Under the pieces are notes generated by a model, which did not search any database, was not told the DNA's origin, and saw only the letters and a list, made by a program, of their open reading frames with translations. The position numbers and the translations under genes were made by a program. From Octopus bimaculoides (lineage: Eukaryota), in NCBI RefSeq assembly GCF_001194135.2, contig NC_069000.1, forward strand, positions 24,926,819 to 24,967,205: 40,387 nucleotides of DNA, read 5' to 3'. This document shows, in pieces, positions 1-11,374 of the stretch. Position 1 is the first letter of the stretch. Each line of letters starts with the position of its first letter.

Positions 1-390
1 CAGTGATGAGCTACGTCCGTGAAGGCTGGCCACCAAAGAACATGGAGATCAATGACGAAGTCAACAAGTTCCGTAAGTTATCAAACTCACTTAGTATCTG
101 TCATGGATGCCTTATACATGGATCTAGAGTTGTGATTCCACATAGCTTGCAGCCAAAGATCCTCAATCTTCTGCATCTTGGACATTTTGGCATGGAACGC
201 ATGAAACCACTAGCAAGAACTGCTGTTTATTGGCCTGGTATCGATGCGGCTATAGAGATAGCCAGTCGACGATGTGATTCGTGTAACGAACATCAAAGGC
301 AGCCATCTAAGCCTCCAGTTAACCCATGGATGTTACCAGAAAAGCCGTGGAGCTGCTTACATCTGGACCACGCAATAAATTTTATGGGTG
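1..390 (+). mobile_element. Ty3/Gypsy LTR-retrotransposon pol fragment: integrase zinc-binding (HHCC) domain and start of the integrase core; continues off the left window edge and is truncated near 390
   Basis: ORF 3..422 reads RVVIP..LQPKILNLLHLGHFGMERMKPLARTAVYWPGID...CDSC...PWSCLHLD. This matches the Gypsy integrase pattern H-x2-H-x-G...YWPG...C-x2-C followed by PW-x-x-LH-x-D. The match stops after INFMG. Confidence 0.85.
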
Positions 391-519
391 AGCAGGGTGG
401 TGAGGGAAAGACTGGGGAGTGAGAGATAAGCATAAGCACAGTGCATGAAAAAGAGGAAATGTGAGGGAAAGAGGAGAGGAGAGATATAGTTTAGTTTATT
501 GGAGTATGATGTGTGAAAA

Positions 520-2300
520 ATTTTATTGTTACATGTGGGTGGAATACTCACTGCTCTCAGGACTCAGTTTTGTTGAAGTGGGCAAGAACTTTATATTGCC
601 ATCTTGTTCCATTAACATCTCTGTCAGGCCCAACATCCTGAGATTGGTTCTCTACTAATTCATCCCATAACTTCCTATTCAACAAGTGCCATCTTCTTTC
701 AGTGATCAGCACTTCTTTATACAGCTGTCTTCATTCATATGTATCAAAAGTCCAAACCAATGCAGTCTTCAAACCTTGCATACTGCATCTGACTCCTCTT
801 ATACCAACTCTTTTCTCAGCACATTTGCACTTTGTCATTCATGCACACTGATGTTGATAATCCAGTGGAGCATACTACCCTCATTCCTCTCTAGTCTACA
901 CAGGTCTTCTGCATTCAAAGCCCATGTCACAAAACAATGGATTATAGCCATTCATACGCGAGCATCATAAAATCTGCCTTTCACTCTGAGAATCCTCTTG
1001 TTGCCAACAGAGGTAATAGCTCTCTGAACGTCCTCCAATTCTTATTCTAGCAACAATACTTTCAGAACATCCTCTACCTTTCTAATTTGGTCACCTAGGT
1101 AACAGAAACGACAACCTCAAGACAGTCTTCTGGGCATTTGAAAGAGTCTAAATCTTGTTTGCCCTTAATGCTTATTGTTCCTGCACATGTCACATGTGAA
1201 TTCAACTTTATCTGTTAATCTACCTGTGATTCCACTACACCTCTTATACATGTCCACAGCTTACACTGGGTGCAACGAATTTAATCCTAACTCTTTTTCT
1301 AAATATTGAGCAGGGCCATTTCCCAGACAGCAAGAAAATTTTATCTGCTTTCTTGCTAATACAATAAAAGCGAGGTCATCAGCATACAGTAGTTCCCACG
1401 GGCATCCTGTTTCAAATTCCTCTGTTATGGCCTGAATAATGGTGGATCCCGACTTGTATGTTAAATTCATCACTGTATTCATGGCTTGTACAACTATAAT
1501 AAGCCACTCATCTACTAACTTCCTTAGAGACCACCGGATAACAGTGAGAGACTATCAAAAGCTTTCTCCAGGTCGACAAAAGCCAAGTACAATGGCTTAC
1601 TTTTGGCTAAATACTTTTCCTGCAGTTGTCTCATGAGGAAGATGGCATCTGTGGTACTAACCAATTGCATCTCATCTAGTTTAATTCTATTCTTAATCAA
1701 TTGAGCTATAACTCTCTCTGTAACTTTCATGACCTGGTCCAGCAATTTGATACCACTGTAGTTGTTTCTTTGTAAGGTATCACCTTTACCCTTGTAGCAG
1801 CTAACTATAATACTACTATACCAGTCCTGAATAACTATAAGAGTGACTAGGCTGTATCTTACACTGTCAGATATTTCAATTATCGTGGTGGTGATTCTGG
1901 ATGGTCCAGGGGCTTTCCCTGTCTTAATATCCTTATCTATTATACTGGTGTCAACTCTGATGGATGATCTCTCAGTTAGTTCTATATTTGAAAGACTTTT
2001 TTTGTCCCATCCATTTTCCACATTTAGTAACCTTTCATAGTAAAACTTCCATGCATCTTTCTTCTCTGAGTCACTAATTGCAAGCATACCATTATCCATT
2101 TGCACACATTTCTCACACACCACATCTCTATTCTCTCTGATACACTATAGAACATTTGAAAATCTCTTACCTTCTGCCATGTAGCCCTTCCACTGTTTTT
2201 CCAGTCTTTCCAGGCCTGTCTCTGCTTTTATAGCACTGTCCACAACCACGTTCCACTACCATGTCACTCTCGGCTTAGCTGGGACTTTGCACCAGCTACA
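520..2300 (-). mobile_element. Degenerate, 5'-truncated RTE-clade LINE (RT domain through the 3' end, with internal deletions)
   Basis: ORF 1524..2123 has KAPGPS, SCYKGKGD..QRNNYSGIKLLDQVMKV, STTDAIFLMRQLQEKY and LAFVDLEKAFD. ORF 1261..1482 has the catalytic LLYADDL. Manual translation further on gives FCYLGD and TWALNAEDLCRLERNEGSML, typical of RTE. Confidence 0.85.
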
Positions 2301-2349
2301 AATTTAAGGTATTTACAATAAGTAAAATAAACATATTGTTTTGATATGA

Positions 2350-2462
2350 GTGAAAGGTAAAGTCAACCTCAGTGGAATTTGAACTCAGAATGTGATGACA
2401 GACGAAATGCTGCTAAGTATTTTACCAGGCAAGCTAACAATTCTGACAGCTCGCCACCTTAA
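2350..2462 (-). mobile_element. 5' fragment of a tRNA-derived SINE (family 2, same family as 31865-32085)
   Basis: The reverse complement (aaggtggcgagctgtcagaattgttagc...ttctgagttcaaattccactgaggttgac) aligns by eye to 31865-31960 and contains a B-box-like GTTCAAATTCC. Confidence 0.7.
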
Positions 2463-2570
2463 ATATGACATAACATATACACAACTGAACTAAATTGAAA
2501 AAAAAAAAATTTCTTAGTTGTAACTATCCTGTGAATATAATGGTATTTGTTAGTTGTAAATGAAATAGTA

Positions 2571-2930
2571 AACAAGAGCACTCAGCGAGCGCAAACCTCT
2601 GCCAAGGCAACACCAATGTCCTCTCAATGATTAGCCAGAGATGATTTTTAAAATGAGAATATTTGAAATAAATTTAACTGCTCTCACAAACGAGAATTCT
2701 TAAAATGAATCCAACCATTCTCAAAAATTAAGTAAAAAACAGGAAAAATAATCCAGAATCCTTGTCCAGTACCAGATCAATCCCCAAATCTAATCAGTTC
2801 GTGCCAGTCATGAGGCCAAACATCCCTGAAAGTTTCATCTGAATCCATCCAGCGATTCTTGAGATATCTTGTCCATGGTCAAACAAACAAATATGACTGT
2901 AAACAATACCTCCGCCTTCACTAAGGTAAA
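2571..2930 (+). mobile_element. Putative non-autonomous Helentron/DINE-like or MITE-like interspersed repeat
   Basis: It begins AACAAGAGC, has ACCTCTGCC near the 5' end (2595-2603) echoed as ACCTCCGCC (2908-2916), and ends in a short hairpin CCTTcactAAGG. An internal aagtttcatctgaatccatccagcgattcttgagatatc motif resembles one I associate with invertebrate non-autonomous repeats. The family call is inference. Confidence 0.4.
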
Positions 2931-3649
2931 TATATTAATAATACAAATAGAAAAAAAAAAAAAATAAAAGAAGATTGATATAGAAACGTAATACTTAATG
3001 GGGTAGGCAAAATTCAGAAATTTCTGCATACTTATCCGCAGGCATATAACATGCGGGTTGGTTTTTATTTGTAAATGTATCCAAAGATTGGGTAATTGTT
3101 CAGTTTACATTTGTGAAAAAGGTAAAGGGACATAACTAAATACACCAAAGTAAGTTGTCTGATACTTTAATCACTCCTGTCACCCCTTGCCGTCTTTATC
3201 TGTTATTTACAACTAATTTCTAGCTTTGCTTTGGAGAAAATGATTATTTACTCTTATAAAACTATGTATTTTGTATCTCTCACACATGAATCTGTATTTC
3301 TGACTGGTTAATCTAGCTATCATTTCTTATTGCTTTTGGATCTTTTCTGTTTGACTGCCAGTGTCAATTTTCAGTTTGAATTGATTTCATATTCAGTGTA
3401 ATAATACACTTTTATAAGCTAATTAATGATGTGAAAGTAATTTTCGCTATAAATCAACAAATAAAGAGTTATTAGCGATTAAAGTTTGAACATTTTGGTA
3501 ATTTTAGCCAATTGTAAGCCACAGATACATTCATGGCTGTTTTGATAGTNNNNNNNNNNNNNNNNNNNNNNNNNNNNNNNNNNNNNNNNNNNNNNNNNNN
3601 NNNNNNNNNNNNNNNNNNNNNNNNNNNNNNNNNNNNNNNNNNNNNNNNN

Positions 3650-4778
3650 TATATATGTACGTATGGAGGAGGAAATGAGGTCGTGAATGGTAGGAGATCC
3701 AATCTCTTAGTAGTTTGACACGGGGCTGAAGGGCAGAGGACGATAGAAGGAGGTATCTTGAAGCTGGCAGAGCGCTTCAGCCTTATAGAGATCTGCATGC
3801 TATATCACTACAGCTCGAACTTTGTCACGATGATATCTTTGACGATGATATCTTGACGGCATCGGAGACATTGAAGTGCCGAGAGTTCGGCTGGGGAGAT
3901 GTTGAAGTGTCGGGGACGCCTGCGAAAGTTCAACTGGCCCACAACACATTGGCGGACTCTTGCAAAACAATCAATAGCCTGAAACTGGCCAGAAGCTGGC
4001 GTCCTCATAGATAGTCGGCGGTCCAGGTCACTGAAGCAGTCTTCTTTAGATGCAGGTGGAGTGTGCCTGACACGGCACACGAAGTGTTGGATATCATCAC
4101 GGGTTAGGGTCAAGTTACTGGACGGAGCGAGAGGTATGAAACAAAGACCCCTACTAAGGAGAGAACGCTCCGCTTCAGAGAGAGATCAGGAGTGATGATA
4201 GCAACAGAGTGAAATGGGGGTGGAGAGGGTAAGTTTGGTAGGGGTGGAGGTAGTGGAAGACTGGCAGGAGAGAGAGAAGGAAGTGGTATGGGTGAGGGTA
4301 GGGGTAGGTAGGCGAGGATAAAGGACGAGTAGTCGAGGAGGTGTAGTGGCGTCGGATGGGATACGATAAAGGAATGAAGGATGAGAGGGGAGAGGGTCAG
4401 AGAAGGGGAGGGGTGGGCATAATGGCGTCGGGTGGAACAGGACGAAGGATGAGTGAAGTTTGTATTGTTTAGTACGAGCAAGAAAGTCGTGGAGAAGGCG
4501 GCTTAGATGGAGAATGAAGGATGAGATGGAGTGGGCGACGAAGGGGGTGTAACAGAAGAAAATAGAGTAAGCAAGAGGGAGAAGACGGTCAAGCGTGTAT
4601 ATTTTGGAGAGATTAGAACGGATGGTGGTATGCATGAGGCAGCAGGAAGTAGAGTGGAGGATGGGTAAGATGGTGGAAGCAGAATGGAAAGTTGGATGGA
4701 AATGAAGGTGGAAACCTTTGAGAATGAGATTGTGATGAAGGCAGTGACTGAGAAAGGAAATGTGACTGGAGAAACGTT
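3650..4778 (-). mobile_element. Penelope-like element (PLE) fragment B: N-terminal region up to the pre-RT segment, bounded by assembly gaps on both sides
   Basis: Translations give SHISFLSHCLHHNLILKGF, NISPAELSALQCLRCRQDIIVK and VVI*HADLYKAEALCQLQDTSFY. These correspond to the conserved PLE N-terminal and pre-RT motifs. Confidence 0.75.
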
Positions 4779-5266
4779 NNNNNNNNNNNNNNNNNNNNNN
4801 NNNNNNNNNNNNNNNNNNNNNNNNNNNNNNNNNNNNNNNNNNNNNNNNNNNNNNNNNNNNNNNNNNNNNNNNNNNNNNNNNNNNNNNNNNNNNNNNNNNN
4901 NNNNNNNNNNNNNNNNNNNNNNNNNNNNNNNNNNNNNNNNNNNNNNNNNNNNNNNNNNNNNNNNNNNNNNNNNNNNNNNNNNNNNNNNNNNNNNNNNNNN
5001 NNNNNNNNNNNNNNNNNNNNNNNNNNNNNNNNNNNNNNNNNNNNNNNNNNNNNNNNNNNNNNNNNNNNNNNNNNNNNNNNNNNNNNNNNNNNNNNNNNNN
5101 NNNNNNNNNNNNNNNNNNNNNNNNNNNNNNNNNNNNNNNNNNNNNNNNNNNNNNNNNNNNNNNNNNNNNNNNNNNNNNNNNNNNNNNNNNNNNNNNNNNN
5201 NNNNNNNNNNNNNNNNNNNNNNNNNNNNNNNNNNNNNNNNNNNNNNNNNNNNNNNNNNNNNNNNNN

Positions 5267-7650
5267 AAATTTGATTTGATATTACTTATTGGGCCTCGTG
5301 ATGGTGGTAATATTGTTGATGTTGGAGCATATGTTACATCGTCGGTGAGAACATATAAAGGTTCCTGGTTGTGCGTAGCTGGGAGCTGTGAAGCTTCTAA
5401 CAAGGAGATTTCTAAGACTCTTAAGAGTCTTAGAAATCTCCTAAGAGGTGGTGTGGAAAAGATAGGGGCGGTTGTTGGGTCAGAAAGAAGAATGCGAAAG
5501 TTGTGTGTGAGTTTGTGCTTCAGAGGGAGGATAGACGGGTGGTAGATGAGAGAGAGTGGGAAACGGTCGGTGGAAGTACATGAAGATGGTAGGAGAGCTG
5601 TGGTGTGGTTGATGGTTCGGGCTCGGTAGAGTACCGAGTCGACAACTGATGGAGGATACCCTCGATTTAGAAAAAAAACTGTCGCATCGTTTTGCAATGA
5701 GATTCGAAATCCGAATGAATGCTGCTAAGTCGTCGAAGGCGAGGAAATTGAGAGAAAGGTATAGCAGATTTTATATGTTTGGGATGAGAGATGAGTAGTG
5801 GAGGTAGGAGTGGGAGTTAGTAGGTTTATAGTAGACAGAGGTGGAGAGGTGGGTATTGTGTATTTTGACGGAGATATCAAGAAAGCAAACAGAAGTATTA
5901 TATATGGTGTGGGTGAATTCCAAGGAGGCTGGGTGAAAGGTGATAACAAAAGAAATAAAATCGTTGATCCGTTGTCTGTTAAGGCTTGTGGCGTCAATGC
6001 AGTCGTCAATATAACAGCCACAAAGTTCTGGGTTGTATCCAGGAAAGTGAGCAAAGTTTTGCCCCTCTACATAACTTACAAAGAGGTTGGCATAATTGGA
6101 GCCCATCCTGATGCCCATAGCAACACCACTGACTGCTTATAGAATTCACTAGAGAAGGAAAGCAATTGACTGTTAAGAAGAGCTCAGCTAGGCGGAGGTG
6201 TGTGTTAGTGTTGGGTTCAGGTACAGAACGACGGTCTAAGAAGTCTTTAAGTGCTAGGAGACCGTCATTGTGAGGGATGACTGTGTACAAAGATTTAATG
6301 TCCATGGTGAAAAGGAGTTTGGATTCACCAGGTGGAAAAGAGAATGCGTTGAAGAGGTGTATTGCATGGTTAGTGTTTTCTATATGTGAAAGTAGAGCAG
6401 TGACGAGAGGGGACAACAGTTTGTCAAGGCAGGACGATAAATGTTCTGTGGGGCAATTGCAAGCAAAGACAATAGAGCGGCCGGGATTATCTTGTTTATG
6501 TATTTTAGGGACGAAATAAGTAGTGGAAGTTCGGGGTGTGGTGACAATGAGGTTGGTGGCAGTGAACCAGAAGAGATCAGCTGATGTACAGTGGTCGAAA
6601 CATTTCTGGTAATGGTTGTTAAGATCATTTGGTATTTTCATGTAGTATCTGGGGTCGTTGACTTGGCGGAGTGCTTATTTTCTGTGAAAGTCGGTTCGCC
6701 AAACAACGGCGCCCCCTTTGTCGGCTGGCTTGATAACAATGACCTTGCGTTGGCGGAGCTCCGAGAGGGCACCCAGTTCCGATGGGGGAAGGTTCGAAAT
6801 CCTTGGTTTTCTATCGAAATTGATGGTGTTGAGGTCAAAACGGCATTTATTAATGATGTATCTACCGAACGGTGTAATCCTGGGTTTCGTCTCCAGTTGA
6901 AGAAACGCTTTTTGAGTGTAGTAAAGTCGTCCTTAGTCAGAGAAACTGGGCTTCTGTTGTAGAAAAATGCCATGGGTTGGATCCGACGGAGGAAACTTTC
7001 TGTATCGGCGCGTGCGTCAAATTCACTGGGTGTGTTTTTGAGAGGAATGAAATTAAGACTTATGCTATGTAAAGCTCGTTCGGCATGAGTGAGAGGTAAA
7101 TCGTTCGGGATGGTATAGACAGTGGAGGTGTTGAGCGAAGCAGGAAAAGTGGGACGGTGGTGGGGGGGATAAGTGAGTGAATTTTGCGTGTGTTTTGTGC
7201 AACAAGGAAGTCGTACAGTTCGCTACTGAGGTGGCGTGTCTGAAGGAGTATGACCTGAACACGTGTGGTCGAGCAAAGAGCGGTGAGAAGAGAACGGCAG
7301 TGGGTGATTTCCCATGTGATGTGGTTGCGCTGGGCGTATAGAGTGCGGATGGTGGCTCTTATAAGTTGTTTGGAAGTACAAGTGAGATTGTTGGTGATGT
7401 TCAGAAGATATTGAGTAGAATTGTGCTGTCCGAAGGAACGATGGAAATTCAGTTTGAAGCCGCTTGGTATGACGTTAAGGCGCAGACAGCGTCCAATAAA
7501 GTTCAAATGGTTACAATAGCGAGTTTTCTTGAAAATGAAATTGAAATATCTAGAAGCGATATGGTAGCAGTCAGCAGAAAGGGAAAAAGAAAGAAGAAAA
7601 GTCTTAAAACTGTGGTACAAATGTGAGTTGAGACGTTTAAGTGTAAGCAT
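5267..7650 (-). mobile_element. PLE copy A, frameshifted, running from the N-terminus through RT and thumb to the start of the endonuclease linker
   Basis: Motifs in order: NHLNFIGRCLRLNVIPSGF (7060..7650), IVIKPADKG (about 6710-6740), FVPKIHKQDNPGR..LFTMDIKSLYTVIPH (6006..6641), MGIRMGSNYANLF..YIDD..FLDI..YYKPTNSHSYL (5771..6118) and FLNRGYPPSVV (about 5660-5690). Confidence 0.85.
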
Positions 7651-7956
7651 AGTGAGAAAGGTAGTTCGCAGAATTTGTTGGTTGAGTATAATAACCAGGC
7701 AATAATCTGATAGCTCTGCGTCGGCAAGAATTGAAAAAATATGGAAAAAGTGAAAGGGTTAGAGTGAACTAGCCGTGATGTAAGGGTGATGGGATGATGA
7801 AACCTTTGTCTCATCAAGAGTGTGTGGCATTCTGGTTCACTGCTAACGTGGAAAGTGCTGTCGAAGATGGTGTTTTCGGCTCTCCTAACTGACAGTGTCT
7901 CTTGTACATTTTCTGCGTAACATGTTACTTCACGATCATCACCGCCTGAAACATTT

Positions 7957-8116
7957 TGTTGCTGTCGCAGCTGTTGCTGTTGTTGTTGTTGTTGCTGTTG
8001 TTGTTGTTGTTGCTGTTGTTGTTGTTGTTGCTGTTGTTGTTGTTGTTGCTGTTGTTGTTGTTGTTGCTGTTGTTCTTGGTGGTAGTGGTGGTGGTGTTGA
8101 TGTTGCTGTTGTTGTC
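7957..8116. repeat. Compound trinucleotide microsatellite (GTT/GCT; CAA/CAG on the minus strand) with an 18-bp higher-order unit
   Basis: Directly visible: (GTT)5GCT is repeated several times, followed by GGT repeats. Confidence 0.95.
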
Positions 8117-8927
8117 GTAGCACTGCATTCTGTTTTTTTTTTCCTCTTGAAATTGTTGATGCTGTAATGCAGGTGAAAAAATCTAATCTCTGCGGAGTCT
8201 GGCTGTCAAAGCCTTGAGCCATGACTTGCTGCATGTCCATGCTGTGATATACCAGTTAGTGACATGTTTGATAGCAAGAAGTGATCACTCAAAAAATCAT
8301 GCACCAAATTGAAACCAGCAGGTGGTGACAAAGGTTAAATGTTTGGATCCAGGTCATTGAGGGAAACCAAATGGCGCTTGTCCTAATCATAGAACTGGAG
8401 GACCAGTTTGTAGCCATTGACCAGCATAGTGATGAGGGGCATTTTTGTCAGGACAACTACCTGTAAATATAAGATTGGAACTTAAATCTGTCCTGATGTC
8501 TTGAACTTCGTTGGTGCTGTTTGGTTTTATTGCTGTGGCGCTAACTAACCCATTTTTGTTGCCTTAACAGGTGTTTTTCAGTCACTTCAAATTTAGTTTC
8601 ATGTTCCGAACAACGATTGAAAATTCAATCATTTGCAGTTGGTTTCTGTGATTGTAATTTATTTTGGATTACTGTGGGATAATTCCCGTGTTTGAGTGGC
8701 TATAGCAATTCCAGCTGTGCACAGATTATGCTCTTCCAGTTTGGTAACTGTGGCATCCATAACTGAAGCGGGAAGACGGGTATCAAGTGATGCTGGACCT
8801 GACGATGACGCTGAATTTGACTTCACCCTTTATAACATCACAAGTACTTTCTTTTCTAAGAGTTAAGTTACTGCTATTTGTACGTGCGCGCGTGCGTATG
8901 CGTATATGTGTTGTATTTGTGTGTATG

Positions 8928-8963
<36 letters not shown>

Positions 8964-8999
8964 CATACACACACGCCCCCCCGCACGCCCCCAGAAAAG

Positions 9000-9210
9000 C
9001 ACCACCGGGTACAACATAAAGTGGAAGATCCTAGAGAAATGTAAACCGTACTTCAGTAGCAGCAGGAAGTGTAGATTATGCCTGGTTGAGAAAAAAACGA
9101 TTTTAAAGAGCACTCAGCATTCAAGCATTTGCCTGAATATCAGAAGTGAAGTTTTAATCCTTGCCTACATGAAAGGAAGTACATCCTATCATACCTGCGT
9201 GTCCCGTCAT
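9000..9210 (+). mobile_element. C-terminal GIY-YIG fragment of a PLE (same lineage as 18280-20740)
   Basis: Within ORF 8878..9405, IKWKILEKCKPYFSSSRKCRLCLVEKKTI...LNIRSEV parallels the C-terminus of the 18280-20740 element (SNRCKLCISE*YVI...LNKFSD..C.H). Confidence 0.65.
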
Positions 9211-10451
9211 GACTATAATCACCAGTCCCCCAACTTCGGCCTTCCACCAATACCGTGGAGTCCGACAATGACTTTGACCAGAGCATACACTAACGCACCC
9301 ACAAACAAACATGCATGCCCCAACATGGCGGACACCTACCCAATAGACTGTTTTCCACCCCACCAATATAAACTCCCAGGCCCTAAGAACTTAACTAATA
9401 CTTAAAAGAAAAAGAAAAACACATTAACGAATACATGTGTATGCCCATACCCTCTGCAAAGGTTCTCATCACGTACAAGGATGCAAATCTGAGAGATATT
9501 GTGAGTGCATAATAGGTTTAATTGCTGAAGAAATATTGGAATAAGATATTTTACGCCTATTTTTCTTGTCGATGTCTTCTTTTGTCTTGACCATACAAAA
9601 ATAACAGTCACTTGTGTGGTCCCTGAGCTCTCGTCAAATCATAGGAACTCCAAGCAGCAGGTCTTTTCGTTTTCCTTTGTCCAGCCATGAAACATTTCCT
9701 CACGGTTAAGACACAACATGAGGGGCCCGTTTTTGGTCTTGGTCGCCTAGGAGAATTCCAAAATACGCTGCCCGTCTCACAAACACTGTAATACTGCGCC
9801 TTTGACGAATGAGTGTGAAGGAGCCACAGGTATATCAGAAGCCATTAGGATTATTCACACACAACTATGTCTACTTGAAGAAACCATGATCAGATCTGAA
9901 ACCCCACCCCACAATTGTCCTTTCTTTGTATATATGTATCTCAATATATCAAATTTAACGACAAATGTATGAAAAGTTAATCTTCAAATTGCAAGAAAAC
10001 TAGAGCATCGATATCAAAATCAATTACAGATTTCAAATAAGTACAAAAAACAGTTAAACTCAGTAAAAACAATCTCATGCAACAGAAAATTTTAAAAAAT
10101 TGTTGGCCAGTGTAACCAATGGCATTTCAACAATGGTATTCCCATCTCTTTGTTTTTCAGACGTAAGTATATTCCAGACCACATTATCTAATGTGTCTTT
10201 AAAGAGGTAGAGTGCATGTTGGGGGGAGGAAAGGGGAAGCAGTTAAGGGGGATTTGGTTGCCATTTCTAGCAGAGTGGCCAACCATTTAGAAACTTTCTC
10301 ATAAACTCATGTTTGACATTTTAGTGGGAGCTTTAGTTGTGGGAATAAATAACTTTTGTCTGTCTTTTATGCCCCACTCTAAGTTAATGGGAAATATGTC
10401 TTCACCGGTTTGATGTCGAAATTTCCAGTGACATTCAGCAAAATTACGGAA

Positions 10452-10580
10452 TGTATGTATGTATGTATGTATGAATGTGTGTGTATATGCGCGTGTGTGT
10501 GTATGTATGTATGTATGTATATGTACGTATTTATATATGCATCTATGTATGTACAGTACGTGAATTCACACACACACACA
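10452..10580. repeat. (TATG)n/(TG)n/(CA)n compound microsatellite
   Basis: Directly visible. Confidence 0.9.
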
Positions 10581-11374
10581 AACAGATGAACAAATTTTGA
10601 TACGAGAGGATGGATTGAACAAACTTTATTACAAATCGCTACAATTTTTTCACAATTTTATCAGATGTTAATTGCTGAATGCTACTTAAATTATACGCAG
10701 CGTTGTGTTACCGTTCCATCTCAAAGAAAACCAGTTGTAGTGGAATGGTAGTAGATACAAGAGACGGGTAATTGTTAAAGGTTGTCCTTTTATGACATTC
10801 ATATCTATAAATGTTCTTTTTTACTTTCCTAAAACTCCAAACAAGTCTGTGGTCAAAGATCGAACGAATATGCGGTTTCTTTATTCAATATTTTAAAACT
10901 TACCCTAATTTGCCTTTGTTGTCTTTTCTCATTTGTATCTCTGTATTTCCTTATTCCTCTTTGTCAGAGGAATTCTAAAAACAGTATTTGGTGTGGGTAA
11001 AAAAAGGAAGAAAAAAACTAAAGATGATACAGCAGTGCTTTGATCCTGGTTACCCGAGGGTACGCATGAATACAGCTGTTATTGAATTATTTTACTTCAA
11101 TATTGCGTACACTCTACGTAACATTCAGCAATTAACAGCTGATAATGATGCTTGAAACAATTGTAGTGTTGTGTTACAAAGCCTTTTTGATCCATATTCT
11201 CGTACTAAAATTTGTTTGATTATACTCTACGGACAGTTAAGGAATTTAATTTGGATATTCAGTAACAGGAGAAGACCTGCAGTATGATAACGCTTGATAA
11301 CCGATACCCGGGGAGGAGCTTTGGAAAGCACACTATAAAGTTATTACCCAGGTTATATTGAAATATATATACAT

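Noticed and set aside
5798-7626. Plus-strand ORFs opposite the PLE (5798..6142, 6277..6519, 6591..6962, 7366..7626)
   Set aside because: These are antisense shadow ORFs of TE coding sequence with no independent motifs.
7790-7820. Half-hammerhead TTGATGA-GAC-AAAG-GTT on the minus strand upstream of PLE copy A
   Set aside because: No GAAA or stem III follows, so it may be a chance hairpin.
7503-8240. 245-aa minus-strand polyQ ORF
   Set aside because: The ORF is held open by a stop-free CAA/CAG microsatellite, its 3' part runs into the PLE flank, and I see no domain or convincing splice sites.
8541-8570. Plus-strand branch point and acceptor-like signal (ctaactaac...ttgttgccttaacag)
   Set aside because: No open frame or matching donor follows that I could identify. 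The region 8240-8860 remains unexplained but unsupported.
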